Positions 22,307-32,537 are shown, numbered from the stretch's first letter. The stretch is DNA of 64,000 bases from an uncultured virus (IMG/VR IMGVR_UViG_3300040946_000488) (IMGVR_UViG_3300040946_000488), one strand, 5' to 3'. Notes: a model not told the origin generated them from the sequence alone. Program-made: numbers and translations.

Positions 22307-22783
22307 TCAAAAGCAATCTTCCCCCTCCTCCTCTAGCTGGCTGCTCCGGATGCGGTCCGCGAAGACACAGATGAACGCCGCCTGGCCGATGTCCCGGCCC
22401 AAGACATGCCCCGAGGAGATGATCTGGAGCAAGCAATCTTGCCGGGAAGTTCGTTCAGGACAATCGACGAGTGCCTCCCTCACGATCGCGAGATCTTCTT
22501 TTGCCTTGGCAAAGTCGAAGCTCCTGGGAGACACCATGTCCGCCTTCCAGGGCAACTTCGAGGACCTCGTGTCTTTCCTCCAGATGCCGATCTGGTGCCA
22601 GGCCCTCCAGGCGGCCATCGCGGTCGACGGCTTCCCGGAAATCTTCGATTCTTTCCCCGTCGCCCATCCATGCTCCCGGATCTGCTGGGCCACGTACCCG
22701 AGGTACACGTCGATGGGGACGCCCGGCCGGGCCCGGAAGGCATCAGCCTCGATCTGGAGTGCCCACTGATTTCGTCCTGCCAT
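22307..22783 (-). CDS. Truncated paralogue of the middle region of 20696-22258
   Basis: YLGYVAQQIREHGW...SGK.STA..AW and R.IG.AA.IC..ADRI are shared. Confidence 0.6.
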   Translation of the reverse strand: MAGRNQWALQIEADAFRARPGVPIDVYLGYVAQQIREHGWATGKESKISGKPSTAMAAWRAWHQIGIWRKDTRSSKLPWKADMVSPRSFDFAKAKEDLAIVREALVDCPERTSRQDCLLQIISSGHVLGRDIGQAAFICVFADRIRSSQLEEEGEDCF

Positions 22784-22801
22784 CGAGGACCCCTGCCAGG
22801 A

Positions 22802-23071
22802 TCACCTGGCTCTCTTGGACCTCGATCGCGATATCCCCGGAACCCGGCTCCTGATGTCGTGAGCCAGGTCTTGGAGCATCCCCAGCGAGAACGGGCGATC
22901 CAGCACGGGGACCCCCGCCTCCAACAACACGTCCAGCATCCTGGCCGCCCCGGTGATGTTCTGCGAATGCACGACCACATCCACCTGGCAGTCTCGCAGG
23001 ACGACGTCGAAGGCCCTGTGCCTGACGGGATCGTCATCGAGGACCAGGATCTTGATCATGGGAAACATCAT
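22802..23071 (-). CDS. Short receiver-like protein (cyclic-phosphate-processing receiver type)
   Basis: KILVLDDD..RH..F and VVVHS.N..GA.RM. Confidence 0.45.
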   Translation of the reverse strand: MMFPMIKILVLDDDPVRHRAFDVVLRDCQVDVVVHSQNITGAARMLDVLLEAGVPVLDRPFSLGMLQDLAHDIRSRVPGISRSRSKRAR

Positions 23072-23673
23072 ACACGAAAACGCCCGCCTCCAGGGCGGGC
23101 GCTTCCCGCGTGAAAAGGCAGGATGCCTAGCGGAGCACGAGGTGGGATCGCGAGGCTCGGCCGTAGGGATGACCGTCCTCGCCCAGCAACAGCACCCTGA
23201 CCTGCTTGCCGGAGACCGTCACCTCGCCGGCCACCAGCTTCGTCGTCCCGTCATCCAGGCCCTTGATGTAATCGTACTCGACCTTGGCTTCCGGCCTGAT
23301 GGCGATCTTGTCGCCCTTGGCGATCACGACCTGCGACGCCTTGGCCGGCGGGACCCAGTTGGAAGCCTTCAGGCCGAAGAACACCTCACGGTACTTCTCG
23401 GCCGTCGGGACGAAGTCCCGCGCGACCTGGGTGGTCTCCTCCGGCACTCCCTTCTGCACGCACATCTCGGCGATCTTGGCGGCCCTCTCGTGGATGCCGT
23501 CGGCCGCCGAGATCAGCCTCTCGATGAAGTTCGGGTGATGATGCGCCGCCCGCGACCGGGGCGGCGACGTATTCCCGGCCTGGCCGGACGCATTCTTGTT
23601 CTTTCCCATGATGCCCTCCTGTGATTGTGTCCAGATCCTTGCGATCTGAGGAAGGGGCATCTTCGCCCGCCTC

Positions 23674-23687
23674 GAACGAGGTGTCAA
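23674..23687 (-). promoter_or_regulatory. Conserved promoter motif copy
   Basis: TTGACACCTCGTTC, 17-nt spacer, GAAGAT. Confidence 0.55.
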
Positions 23688-24505
23688 GCGAGAAGTGAAG
23701 ATCTCAGGCCAAGTCACCCATCGCTGCCAGGCGTGCCCCCCGCCAGGGCACACCTCACGCACATGACCACCCGCACCCGCTCGTCGTGCTTGGTGCCCGC
23801 GTCGCAGTTGTGGCACCGGATCTCTTCCTTGGGCTCCTCGTACCTCACCAATCTCTTGCCAGCCAGGATGGCCAGCCTCCCGGCCAGGTTCTTGGTGGTC
23901 TCCCTCGGGGTGCCCGGCGGCACGTGGGAGAGCAAGATCAACTCGTACTCCCTGGCCAGCCGCTCGACCCGATCGTCATAGTCATAGTCGATCTTGATCT
24001 GTCCCTCGGGCTGGGGCGACCTCATGCCGAGGTCCTAGGCAGGAGGAACCCCATCTGCTCGGACAGTGCCGTCACGGCCGATGCCTCGTCGTCGAACGGG
24101 CCGATGATGTTCCGCAGGGAGATCTTGTGCTCGTCTGCTATGCCCACCGAACGCCTCAACTCCCTGTCGGCCCTGGTGTCGACCTCCAGCCTCCTCACCA
24201 TCATGGCCCAGTGGTGTGCATGCCCGGTGGCCCTCAGGTCCACGTCCTTCCTCTTGCAGGACGGGCAGTACCTGACCGTCAGGACATACGAGTAGGGGAC
24301 ATTGAAGTCGCCACAGCGCGGACACACCAGCTGGAAACAGGGCTCGCAGGAAGCGATCACGGGGGGCCAGACGGACGATGACTTCGTCTTCAACGTCCCT
24401 CCCTCTCCCTGGCCCGACCCAAGGTGAATCCCAGCATCAAGCCCAGTCCCAGGCCGGCCAGGTACAGGAGCGCCCCGAAAATCCCGACAGCAGTGGGATT
24501 GCAGA

Positions 24506-24763
24506 TCATGCGGCTTGCCCTCCCTGGCCCGCGAAGACTGGCTTGCGAGGCCCCGGACGCACCCTGGGCAAGGCAGCGGAGTCGATGCGGAGCGACCTCA
24601 TCCGGCGCCACAGGCCACTGCGCGACAAGCCCAACGACACCGCAGCCCTCCGCCGGCAGAAGCCATTGAGCTGCAATGCCTGGATGATGATCACCCGTTC
24701 ATAGTCCGACATGATCTCCGCCAGGGTCCTGGGCGACTTGGGAAGATCGACGATCTTGGCCAT
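24506..24763 (-). CDS. Fis-type HTH protein
   Basis: YERVIIIQAL..NG.....AAVSLGLSRSGLWRRM. Confidence 0.8.
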   Translation of the reverse strand: MAKIVDLPKSPRTLAEIMSDYERVIIIQALQLNGFCRRRAAVSLGLSRSGLWRRMRSLRIDSAALPRVRPGPRKPVFAGQGGQAA

Positions 24764-24776
24764 GTTCGGCCCCATC

Positions 24777-25376
24777 CTAATACTTGCGGACCTCCCACAC
24801 AAGGGCATTGCGGCCCGGGATGTCGCCCAGGCAATGCCCGTAGACGGAGACCTCCAGCACGTGCCCCCCATGGCGATCAAGGAGCAGCCGCCAGTCCTCG
24901 TATGACGAGGGCGTCATCGCCTGCCTCAGCATCATGTCGGCCCGCAAGCCCCACGCCACTTCCGGGGCACGGCGCAGGGCATCCCTCATCTGGGCCCTCG
25001 CCCGGCTGTGCAGGAAGTATCCCCAGCTTGCCTCCCCATCGATCACGAAGATGTCCTCCAGGTACTCCCCCTGCAAGATCGCCTCCCCGCACGGTGCTTC
25101 CTCGTTGACCATGATCCGATCGCGGGGGATGCCATCCGCCAGCCAGGACGCCACCACCCCATCGACCTCCCCATGGCCGAGCCCGTACCGGCACGGCCCC
25201 CCACCCTGCATCAGCGTCCGCAGCACGACCTTCCCGGCGAAGCCACTTGCCCTCCACTCGTCGACCGTGCGCCAGGACCGGAGCTTGTTGCCGAACTCGC
25301 CCCCTTGCCACATGCGATAGTTCTGCTGCTTGGACGTGATCGGACGAAAAATAGGACACCCATCTGGCCTCACCAT
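24777..25376 (-). CDS. Conserved hypothetical phage protein
   Basis: Coding-like ORF ending GRNALVWEVRKY, within an operon. Confidence 0.55.
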   Translation of the reverse strand: MVRPDGCPIFRPITSKQQNYRMWQGGEFGNKLRSWRTVDEWRASGFAGKVVLRTLMQGGGPCRYGLGHGEVDGVVASWLADGIPRDRIMVNEEAPCGEAILQGEYLEDIFVIDGEASWGYFLHSRARAQMRDALRRAPEVAWGLRADMMLRQAMTPSSYEDWRLLLDRHGGHVLEVSVYGHCLGDIPGRNALVWEVRKY

Positions 25377-25956
25377 GCACGGCTCCCATCCTGCGAAGAA
25401 GCGTCAGGACCCCGAGGCCCAGGTATGATGGATTCGAGACCCAGCAACTTCACCGGCATGCACATGCCCCCATGCTTGAAGCACCATAAGCCGTTGCGGG
25501 ACCCCAGCAGGATGCAGACCAGATCCTTCGACACCCGGTACCGGCCCGTGTGTATCCGGCCCTCGCAGCCGCATTCCAGGAGGACCACGATCTCCCTGAA
25601 GAACTTGCGCCTCTTCATCTTCATGCCTGCCTATATGGGCATCACTCCCACAGGTTTTTGTGCAAACGTGAATTAAGTACGGCCTCGATAACCCTTTTGA
25701 ACATGGAAAGCTCCCACAGCATTGCCCATCGGAAACCCTATGGATCCCCCGGTACCGTAAAACCGGATAGATCTCAATCCCCCAACTTTCGAGTGGCCGA
25801 AATCAGTCCGAAACTGCAAAAGAATTTCCAGGCAGGAATGAGATACAAGATATTATCTGCCACCTCATAACTGTGCAGGAACCATTTTCGCATCAATGAA
25901 AAAGGTGGATTGCCCACCACCCAATCAACGGGAATTATATACTTGACTCCCTTGGC

Positions 25957-26613
25957 CTAGTCAAGCTCCTCGTCCTGCTCCCCGTTTGCGCTTGTCTCTT
26001 CCAGCCTCAACTTCGCCAGTGCTTCTAGTCGCCTAGCCTGGGTGAGGAGTGTGCGCCGGAGACCTGACGCCACTGACCGTTCGCTGATAACTCGTGCCAG
26101 CGCTGCGATGGTGCTGGCCCTTCTGGCGATCCTGACATCCGCGTGCTTTCTGGCGGCATAGATGCCCTTAGGGATGATGCTGCTACGGGTAGACGGTGGC
26201 AGCTTGAGCTTCTTCGACTTTGGAATGCCTTTTTCGTTTAGAACCGCCCGAAAGCTCGATTCGGAAAGAACCTTCTCATACACCGTGAACTCCGCTGCGT
26301 CGAGGGTCGCCCGAGCATCGTCAGGAGCTAGATCGAAGAAGGGCCACATTTCGATTTCAGCAACCTCAAACGGATCTAGGACCTTCATGGCTACCGCATC
26401 GGTTCTCTGATTTGTGAGGTGTCGCCGAATGCGGACACGCAATTTCTCGACGGTTTGTCCGACGTAGATCGGTTCGCCATCGTAGTCATAGAAAGCGTAG
26501 ACGCCATACTTCGAGTTACCCACAACTCGGCCGGCGGCATCCTTCTTATTCAAGAAGTTTTCTAGCTCTCCGCGAATTGCGGCTACGTCATCAGGGACAT
26601 CCCCACGGGACAT
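25957..26613 (-). CDS. GIY-YIG endonuclease, probable restriction enzyme
   Basis: GVYAFYDYDGEPIYVGQT..LRVRIRRH; overlaps the dcm stop. Confidence 0.8.
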   Translation of the reverse strand: MSRGDVPDDVAAIRGELENFLNKKDAAGRVVGNSKYGVYAFYDYDGEPIYVGQTVEKLRVRIRRHLTNQRTDAVAMKVLDPFEVAEIEMWPFFDLAPDDARATLDAAEFTVYEKVLSESSFRAVLNEKGIPKSKKLKLPPSTRSSIIPKGIYAARKHADVRIARRASTIAALARVISERSVASGLRRTLLTQARRLEALAKLRLEETSANGEQDEELD

Positions 26614-27797
26614 GCCTTGGTAGTAACACGCCGATGCTTCGCGGGGAACTTTTCTTGCAGCAGCGGAAGCAGGTATGATCTGGCGACCCACGCGACGACC
26701 GGCACGCACACGGCGTCGCCGAATCCGAAGATCGCTGCGTTCTCGGATACATCATCAATCCGGAAGTCGGGAGCCCCTTGAAGGCGCGCATACTCGCGGG
26801 CATTCATCCATCGCACTCGAACATTGCCGTGCCCTGTCTCCATTACAGCTTGTTTGCTGGAACCACCGCGCGCCGTCCGCAGGCACCCGCTGACAGAATC
26901 GGGCCTGACTTCCCACACCGCGCGTCCGTTACGGGTTCTCCGGTAAGCCGTCGCCCATTCCGGCCTGTCCGCACATCGCATCTTAGCAACTCGCTCCGCT
27001 TGAATTGGAGACAGTGACCGCAAAAAACAACTGAGCCGTTCTGCTGACCACCAGTGCGGATCTTTGGACGGCAGGCGATCCACATATGCCGACAATGTTT
27101 CAGTACATACGGGAGGTTCTCGGCGAAGCAGTGGACTGGCAACTAAGTCATGCCGGCGCGATCCGATAATGAACATGCGCGGGCGGCTCTGTGGAACAAA
27201 CCATCGTGCATCGACAGGAAGAACGTCGCAGCGGTAGCCAAGATCTGCCAACTTGGCCAGGGCGTCTCGCATATCTTGTCCGCCACGAGACGTGGCAAAT
27301 CCGGGTACATTTTCCAGCATCACAACAGATGGTCGGCGCTCACCCATCTCGTCCAGCACACGTGAGAACTCCCAGAACATGCCTGACTGCTTGCCCGCCA
27401 ATCCAGCACGATTACCCGCAAGCGACAGATCGGTGCATGGGAAGGACGCCGTTGCCACGTCAATGTCAGGTACGTCGCGACCACGAACAGAGCAAACGTC
27501 GCCGACAACTAGATCCGACGCATCGAAGTTTGCCTGATAGAGCACGGCCTTGGTGGGATCGATGTCGTTGGCAAACACAACGCGAAAGCCTTCGCCTTCT
27601 AGCGCTCGGCGCACGAGTCCAATTCCAGCGAAAAATTCCGCAACTCGCGGAGCGCGCGATCTGTCGATGCCAATCGCCTTCTTCTGTTTTCTCTTCCTCT
27701 TCTTTTGCGCCGCACTTGCTGGCTTCGGTCGGTAGCGCAGAACCATGTCCACCATGGCTTCAAGCGCCTTAGGGATTTCGTTGGTCGTGTCAGGCAT
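26583..27797 (-). CDS. dcm: C5-cytosine DNA methyltransferase
   Basis: FFAGIG, SFPCTDLS.AG, ENVPG, PQSRPR, GDAV motifs. Confidence 0.95.
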   Translation of the reverse strand: MPDTTNEIPKALEAMVDMVLRYRPKPASAAQKKRKRKQKKAIGIDRSRAPRVAEFFAGIGLVRRALEGEGFRVVFANDIDPTKAVLYQANFDASDLVVGDVCSVRGRDVPDIDVATASFPCTDLSLAGNRAGLAGKQSGMFWEFSRVLDEMGERRPSVVMLENVPGFATSRGGQDMRDALAKLADLGYRCDVLPVDARWFVPQSRPRMFIIGSRRHDLVASPLLRREPPVCTETLSAYVDRLPSKDPHWWSAERLSCFLRSLSPIQAERVAKMRCADRPEWATAYRRTRNGRAVWEVRPDSVSGCLRTARGGSSKQAVMETGHGNVRVRWMNAREYARLQGAPDFRIDDVSENAAIFGFGDAVCVPVVAWVARSYLLPLLQEKFPAKHRRVTTKACPVGMSLMT

Positions 27798-28713
27798 TCG
27801 TCAGTGCCTCCAGTGTAAGTCGCTTGCCAGCCGAGCGACGGATAAGACTGTCGAGCCGCTCGGTTGTGTGGTTGCGGACATTGCCTTCGTTCAGTCGGAA
27901 TGAAAACTCGTTGACGTAGCGTGGAAGATGCTTCGGGCTCACGTGATGGTACACGCCGAGAATGCCCCGCTTCAACAGGGCGTTGAAACTTTCGATGCCG
28001 TTGGTGGTCACGGTGCCTCGGGCAAACTCGCGGGCGCTGTGGTTGATGCTCTCGTGCTTGAAGGCAGGTTCCAACCCGTTGTAGACCACGGCTTCGTCGG
28101 TGTGAAGCGTGGAGCCCACTTCAACGTGCTCGCGGATCTCAGCGTGAATCGTTGCGCTGTCCACCGAGGCCACGGGGAATCCAACCGTGCGACCGCTTTC
28201 ACCACGTTCACGCAGGGCCAGGACGGCGGTCTTGCCTACTGCACCCCGGCCCTCGTGGAGCTTCTTGCTCTCGTGCTTGTTCTTCTCTTTGCCTCCCACG
28301 TAGGTCTCGTCCACCTCGACGATGCCTTGAAGCTTCTTCATGTCCGGCCCGCACGCCTCGCGGATACGATGCAGGACGAACCAGGCGGACTTCTGCGTGA
28401 TGCCGATTTCCTTAGCAAGCTGCATCGACGAGATACCCTTGCGGGCCGTGACCAGCAGGTACATCGCGTAGAGCCACTTGTGCAGCGGTACATGACTGCG
28501 CTCGAAGATGGTGCCGGTCCTGACGGTGAAGTCTTCCTGGCACTGGTTGCAGCGGTAGAAGCCATCCTTGCGCGTCGTGATGCGCTCACCAAGGCCACAG
28601 CACGGGCACGCGGGACCATTCGGCCAGAGGCGTTTTTCCATGTAGATTCGAGCGGTTTCCGCGTCGGGAAACATCTGGAAAAGCTGGAATGTTGAGATGG
28701 TAGATTGGCTCAC
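27790..28713 (-). CDS. IS1595-family transposase
   Basis: Zn ribbon CPCCG..CNQC, EVDETYVGG, LHTDE, TNGIES, YVNEFSFR.N. Confidence 0.95.
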   Translation of the reverse strand: MSQSTISTFQLFQMFPDAETARIYMEKRLWPNGPACPCCGLGERITTRKDGFYRCNQCQEDFTVRTGTIFERSHVPLHKWLYAMYLLVTARKGISSMQLAKEIGITQKSAWFVLHRIREACGPDMKKLQGIVEVDETYVGGKEKNKHESKKLHEGRGAVGKTAVLALRERGESGRTVGFPVASVDSATIHAEIREHVEVGSTLHTDEAVVYNGLEPAFKHESINHSAREFARGTVTTNGIESFNALLKRGILGVYHHVSPKHLPRYVNEFSFRLNEGNVRNHTTERLDSLIRRSAGKRLTLEALTNA

Positions 28714-28998
28714 GACGGCCTCACTTTCTACAGCAAATCTACCCTAAACTGCCAAGGGAGTCAAGTATATAATTCCCCAATCAACCGGCTTCGTCCACCC
28801 AAAAAAATCCCGCCGGCTGGTTATCTCACACCATTCGGCATCGGATGGTAAGAACTCCATAAACACTCCGGCTCCTTTACATGGTTCAAGTACGCTTCCA
28901 GCAGGCCGGAAGTGCTCGACCATGTCTTTGGCCACCCACCGAGGTGTGTAGAATATGTCTCCTGTCTTATCACTCACGATTGACTACCTGGCTTTTCC

Positions 28999-31995
28999 TC
29001 ACACGGCCGAGGCCAGCATGGCCCTCGTGGTGGCCCCCAGCATACTGAGGATGTCCTTGTCGAAGTCGAATCCCTTGGGCATGTAGTCCCCCGACTTCAG
29101 TTCTTCCACGGTCCACGCCCTCGTCTCGCCGTCGGGATAATGGAAGCGCTTGCACAGCGACTCGAAGGTGAGCGCCTTGATGACCAACATCTCGAAGGGA
29201 GCGGTCGTGTACTGCTCCCCGACCTGGGTTCGATACAGCTCGCGCAGGCGGGTCATGCGCTGCACGCCGATGCGCTCGCCGCTGATGATCCTGCCGAGCT
29301 TGTCGAACGCCTCCTGACCCTTGCCCAATGAGAATCCCTTGGCCTTGTTGAGCTTCTTGGGCTTCCAGGCCCCCTTGTCCAGCTCGTAGCCCTCCCCCCG
29401 GTAGATCTTGGGAGCGATGAACTCCGCCCATTCCATCTTCTTCTCCAGCTTGAGAGCCCCGAGCGTCTTCTCGTCGATGGGCAGGGAAGCCTTGGTGGCC
29501 AAGCTGTCGGTATTGTGCAGGAGCACCCGGCCCAGGCCATCCACGAACGTGTGCGCTCCCTCGACCTCCAAATCATACACGTAAGTGCCCGGCCGCCGTT
29601 CCACCCATACCAGGGCACTAGATTCCTGGAATCCCCGATCTGACCCGAACCTGAACACATAGCCTCCCGTGCATGGGCTGGACTGTATCGAGTGATCGAG
29701 CCCATGCTGGTCCAGGGCAAACGACAGTCCCGCCGCCAGAGTTTGGGAATGAGTGTAATAACGACCTCTCGGCCTGTCCTTCCACCCGATATTCCCGCTC
29801 CCCATCTGTAGCTTGTCCCAGAATACCTCGAAATCACTGTCATCCAGCTCGTACACGAAAGAAGGAAGAGCATTCACTGTATATCCCAACACATTCGCCA
29901 GTGAATCGAACAGGGCATACAATTCAGGCGAATGCCTCCTGTACGACAGCTTCTGGCAAGGCCAATCATCATCGCCCATGACTATCTCGCCATCCGAAGC
30001 CAAGAGGGGAGCCCGCAGGGCATCGAATTGCATTCCCTCCTCGACGAAGTCAGCGGGCTTCACCGCCTTTCCCCCGACCATGATCGAATGATCTTGGGTC
30101 ACCTCCACCTGTCCCCTATCCGTGCCGATGAGGTAAAGGAGCTTGTCGGTCTTGTGACGGATGATCCTCTTCAACGGAAACCAATCCACCTTGCCGCTAG
30201 CATCCTTGGCCAATGCCGTCCAGCCAGGACCAGGCGAACATTCCTCCTTCTCTTCGTATCTGTACGGTTGGACATCCTTCCCCCTCTTTTCCCATGTCCT
30301 CTCGATCGGCTCGATGATCACCTTCCCCCCTGGCGAACGAAGCACCACCGTCCGATCTCCAGTGATGCTGTCGCAATAATAGAGCTTGTGGTCCTGCCGG
30401 TAGCATTCCTTGGCGAGGTTGTAGAGGGTGCGGCGGGCGATGGCCGTGATCACGGTCGAGACCGCCACGTGCCGGTGGGCGATGGTGGCCTCCTTCTCCT
30501 GGAGCCACACCCCCGGCTGCAGCATCTGCATCTTCGTGCGATCGATCTCGGTCGGGTTGATCAGCATCTCCTGCTTCATGATGCTCTCCGCGGCCTTGCC
30601 ATACAGGCTGTTGAGCAGGTACTTCAACACGAGCTTCCGGAAGGGGGTAGTCGCATTGGCCCGCTTCTTGTAGATGACGTCGGCGTATTCCTTGAAGTCC
30701 ATGAAGGGCTCGAAGACGTAGACCTCGTGGACCTTGTGGATGGTTGCGCCTTCCCTCTTCGCCAGCCGGATATCGGTGGACGTGAACCATGAGCGCCACT
30801 TCCCCGTGGGGAAGAACACCCTCCCCTCCTTGCGGTAAGGCAGGGGAGGCATCGCCATCTCCGGCACCTCGATCGTGACGTTCGCCAGGTAGATGATGTT
30901 GTCATCCTCCCCCTCCCCGTCGTCGGGCAGCTTCATGCTGAACCCGATCAGGTTGGCCGGCAGGGGGAAGGTCATCGCGAAGGGGAAGGACGAGTTGATG
31001 TCGTAGATGTAGAAATCCTCGGCATTCCGGCTCAGCACCTCCACCCGGCTGGCGAAGTAAGATTCCTCGGCGATCTTGTTGAGCTTCTCCGAGGTGTAGA
31101 TGTCCTGCTTGAGGAAGCGTCGACGGAACAGCCCCATAGCGGTCGAGGCGATCGTCTGCTGGAGCTGTCCGCCCTCCTCATAGATCTCGTCCTCGAACTG
31201 CTTGATGGCCTTCCACAAGATCTCACAGTCGAGGCGGTTGTAGTCCCGCAGGATGGGGAACGGCACCTCGCGATAGAAGATCACCTTCTCGGCCTGGCTC
31301 AGATCGTCGAAATCGTCCACCACCCGCCCGAAGCGATCGGCCATCCATGCCTTGGCCTCTGCCGTGTCGCCCTTCGCGATGCCTATCGCCTTGCCGATGT
31401 TGGCCAGCTTGTCCCGCAGCAGCCAGTAGGAATCGACGAAGTGCCAGGCATTCTTGCCCTTGATGACGTGGATTATTATGGCCGAGGAGCCCGAGAAGGA
31501 CGCCTTGATCTTCCAGGTCCCGGCCCTGTGCTCGACGTGTTTCTTGCCGTCCTTGCCGATGGTAGTCGTCGACTTTCCCCCGGCGCCCGTCTGCCTCTTG
31601 ATCTCGGCGAGCAGCTCGTCCAGCACGAACTCCATGTCGGCCAGCCCCCCGGCATGAGCGAAGAACCAATCTCCCCTGTGCTCCCTCACCAGCATGAAGT
31701 CGATCAGATCGCGCACCGTCTCGAAGCACTGGTACCTCTCCACCACCTCAGGCTCCTCGCCCTCCGCCTCATGCTCGATCGTGACCTGATCGTAGTACCC
31801 GGCCAACCGAATCTTGAGAGGCTCAGTCAGGCGCCTGGCCACCGGCAACGGGATCTTGAACTCCTCGCTCAATCCCTCCACCCTGACGGTGGTGTTCACC
31901 GGCAGGGGCAATATCTCGCCAGGCACCCACTCCAGGTCCAGCACCCCGAAGCGGCGCTTCTTGCGATCGGTGACTATGGGACCGAACACCGGCAT
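28999..31995 (-). CDS. Family B DNA polymerase (protein-primed/DNA_pol_B_2 type) with intein
   Basis: Exo motifs LDLE, VDSY, YNRLDC; pol motifs YDINSSFP, KYLLNSLYGK, YCD|TDS. Confidence 0.9.
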   Translation of the reverse strand: MPVFGPIVTDRKKRRFGVLDLEWVPGEILPLPVNTTVRVEGLSEEFKIPLPVARRLTEPLKIRLAGYYDQVTIEHEAEGEEPEVVERYQCFETVRDLIDFMLVREHRGDWFFAHAGGLADMEFVLDELLAEIKRQTGAGGKSTTTIGKDGKKHVEHRAGTWKIKASFSGSSAIIIHVIKGKNAWHFVDSYWLLRDKLANIGKAIGIAKGDTAEAKAWMADRFGRVVDDFDDLSQAEKVIFYREVPFPILRDYNRLDCEILWKAIKQFEDEIYEEGGQLQQTIASTAMGLFRRRFLKQDIYTSEKLNKIAEESYFASRVEVLSRNAEDFYIYDINSSFPFAMTFPLPANLIGFSMKLPDDGEGEDDNIIYLANVTIEVPEMAMPPLPYRKEGRVFFPTGKWRSWFTSTDIRLAKREGATIHKVHEVYVFEPFMDFKEYADVIYKKRANATTPFRKLVLKYLLNSLYGKAAESIMKQEMLINPTEIDRTKMQMLQPGVWLQEKEATIAHRHVAVSTVITAIARRTLYNLAKECYRQDHKLYYCDSITGDRTVVLRSPGGKVIIEPIERTWEKRGKDVQPYRYEEKEECSPGPGWTALAKDASGKVDWFPLKRIIRHKTDKLLYLIGTDRGQVEVTQDHSIMVGGKAVKPADFVEEGMQFDALRAPLLASDGEIVMGDDDWPCQKLSYRRHSPELYALFDSLANVLGYTVNALPSFVYELDDSDFEVFWDKLQMGSGNIGWKDRPRGRYYTHSQTLAAGLSFALDQHGLDHSIQSSPCTGGYVFRFGSDRGFQESSALVWVERRPGTYVYDLEVEGAHTFVDGLGRVLLHNTDSLATKASLPIDEKTLGALKLEKKMEWAEFIAPKIYRGEGYELDKGAWKPKKLNKAKGFSLGKGQEAFDKLGRIISGERIGVQRMTRLRELYRTQVGEQYTTAPFEMLVIKALTFESLCKRFHYPDGETRAWTVEELKSGDYMPKGFDFDKDILSMLGATTRAMLASAV
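29512..30369 (-). other. Intein (286 aa) in PolB motif C
   Basis: Starts SITGDRTVV; block B VTQDHS; ends VYDLEVEGAHTF...LLHN/T; degenerate endonuclease. Confidence 0.92.
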
Positions 31996-31998
31996 GGC

Positions 31999-32526
31999 TC
32001 ACCCCCTCTTGCGAACGCACGAACCCATGATCCCGGTGCCCGGGAACAGATCGTCGCAGGTGTCTCCCGGGACGAAGTTGAGCAGGTCCAGCATCCACAT
32101 GCACACCCTCTCGGGCTTCGCCCCCGTCAATCCCTTGCGCAAGGTGATCGGCTCGACGATGAAATCCTTGGGAGTGTTCTGCTTCCCTCCCTTCTCGGGC
32201 GGAGCATGCGCATGCCCCGCCCCTGGGTTCCTCCCCCCACGGAAGATGACCGGCTCCCAGGCATATGCCGGCCTAACGCCCCTCTTGAAAGCACAAAACG
32301 ACTTCGCCCAGGCTCCCACGCGGACATCTCCAGGACACAGTGACAAGATCTGACGTAGAGACACCGACGAGGCACTAAGCACCCAACCATCGGGATATCC
32401 ATCCACCAACCGCTCGACGAGCAACCTGTACGTGTCGACATCGTCCCAGCACCGGCCGTCGGGATGGAAATGATCGTACAGCTTGCAACAACCCAGGTAC
32501 GGAGGATCGGCGTAAGCGAACTTCAT
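31999..32526 (-). CDS. Small DPPY-type DNA amino-methyltransferase
   Basis: FAYADPPYLG, GAKPE, DLFPGTG. Confidence 0.75.
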   Translation of the reverse strand: MKFAYADPPYLGCCKLYDHFHPDGRCWDDVDTYRLLVERLVDGYPDGWVLSASSVSLRQILSLCPGDVRVGAWAKSFCAFKRGVRPAYAWEPVIFRGGRNPGAGHAHAPPEKGGKQNTPKDFIVEPITLRKGLTGAKPERVCMWMLDLLNFVPGDTCDDLFPGTGIMGSCVRKRG

Positions 32527-32537
32527 CCCAAGTCCCT

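Larger units (their letters stand above)
25930..28777 (-). mobile_element. IS1595-family transporter IS with passenger Dcm and GIY-YIG nuclease
   Basis: Perfect 27-bp TIRs GGGAATTATATACTTGACTCCCTTGGC (25930-25956, 28751-28777); 8-bp TSD CAATCAAC. Confidence 0.95.
25673..28977 (-). pseudogene. N6-adenine DNA methyltransferase split by IS1595 and apparently frameshifted
   Basis: 5' part FYTP..VLEPCKGAG..KPVDW rejoins in frame to VVGNPPFS. Premature TGA at 25774-25776; a plausible C-terminus (GGLRSIRFYGTGG...GYRGRT) lies in an adjacent frame. Confidence 0.8.
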
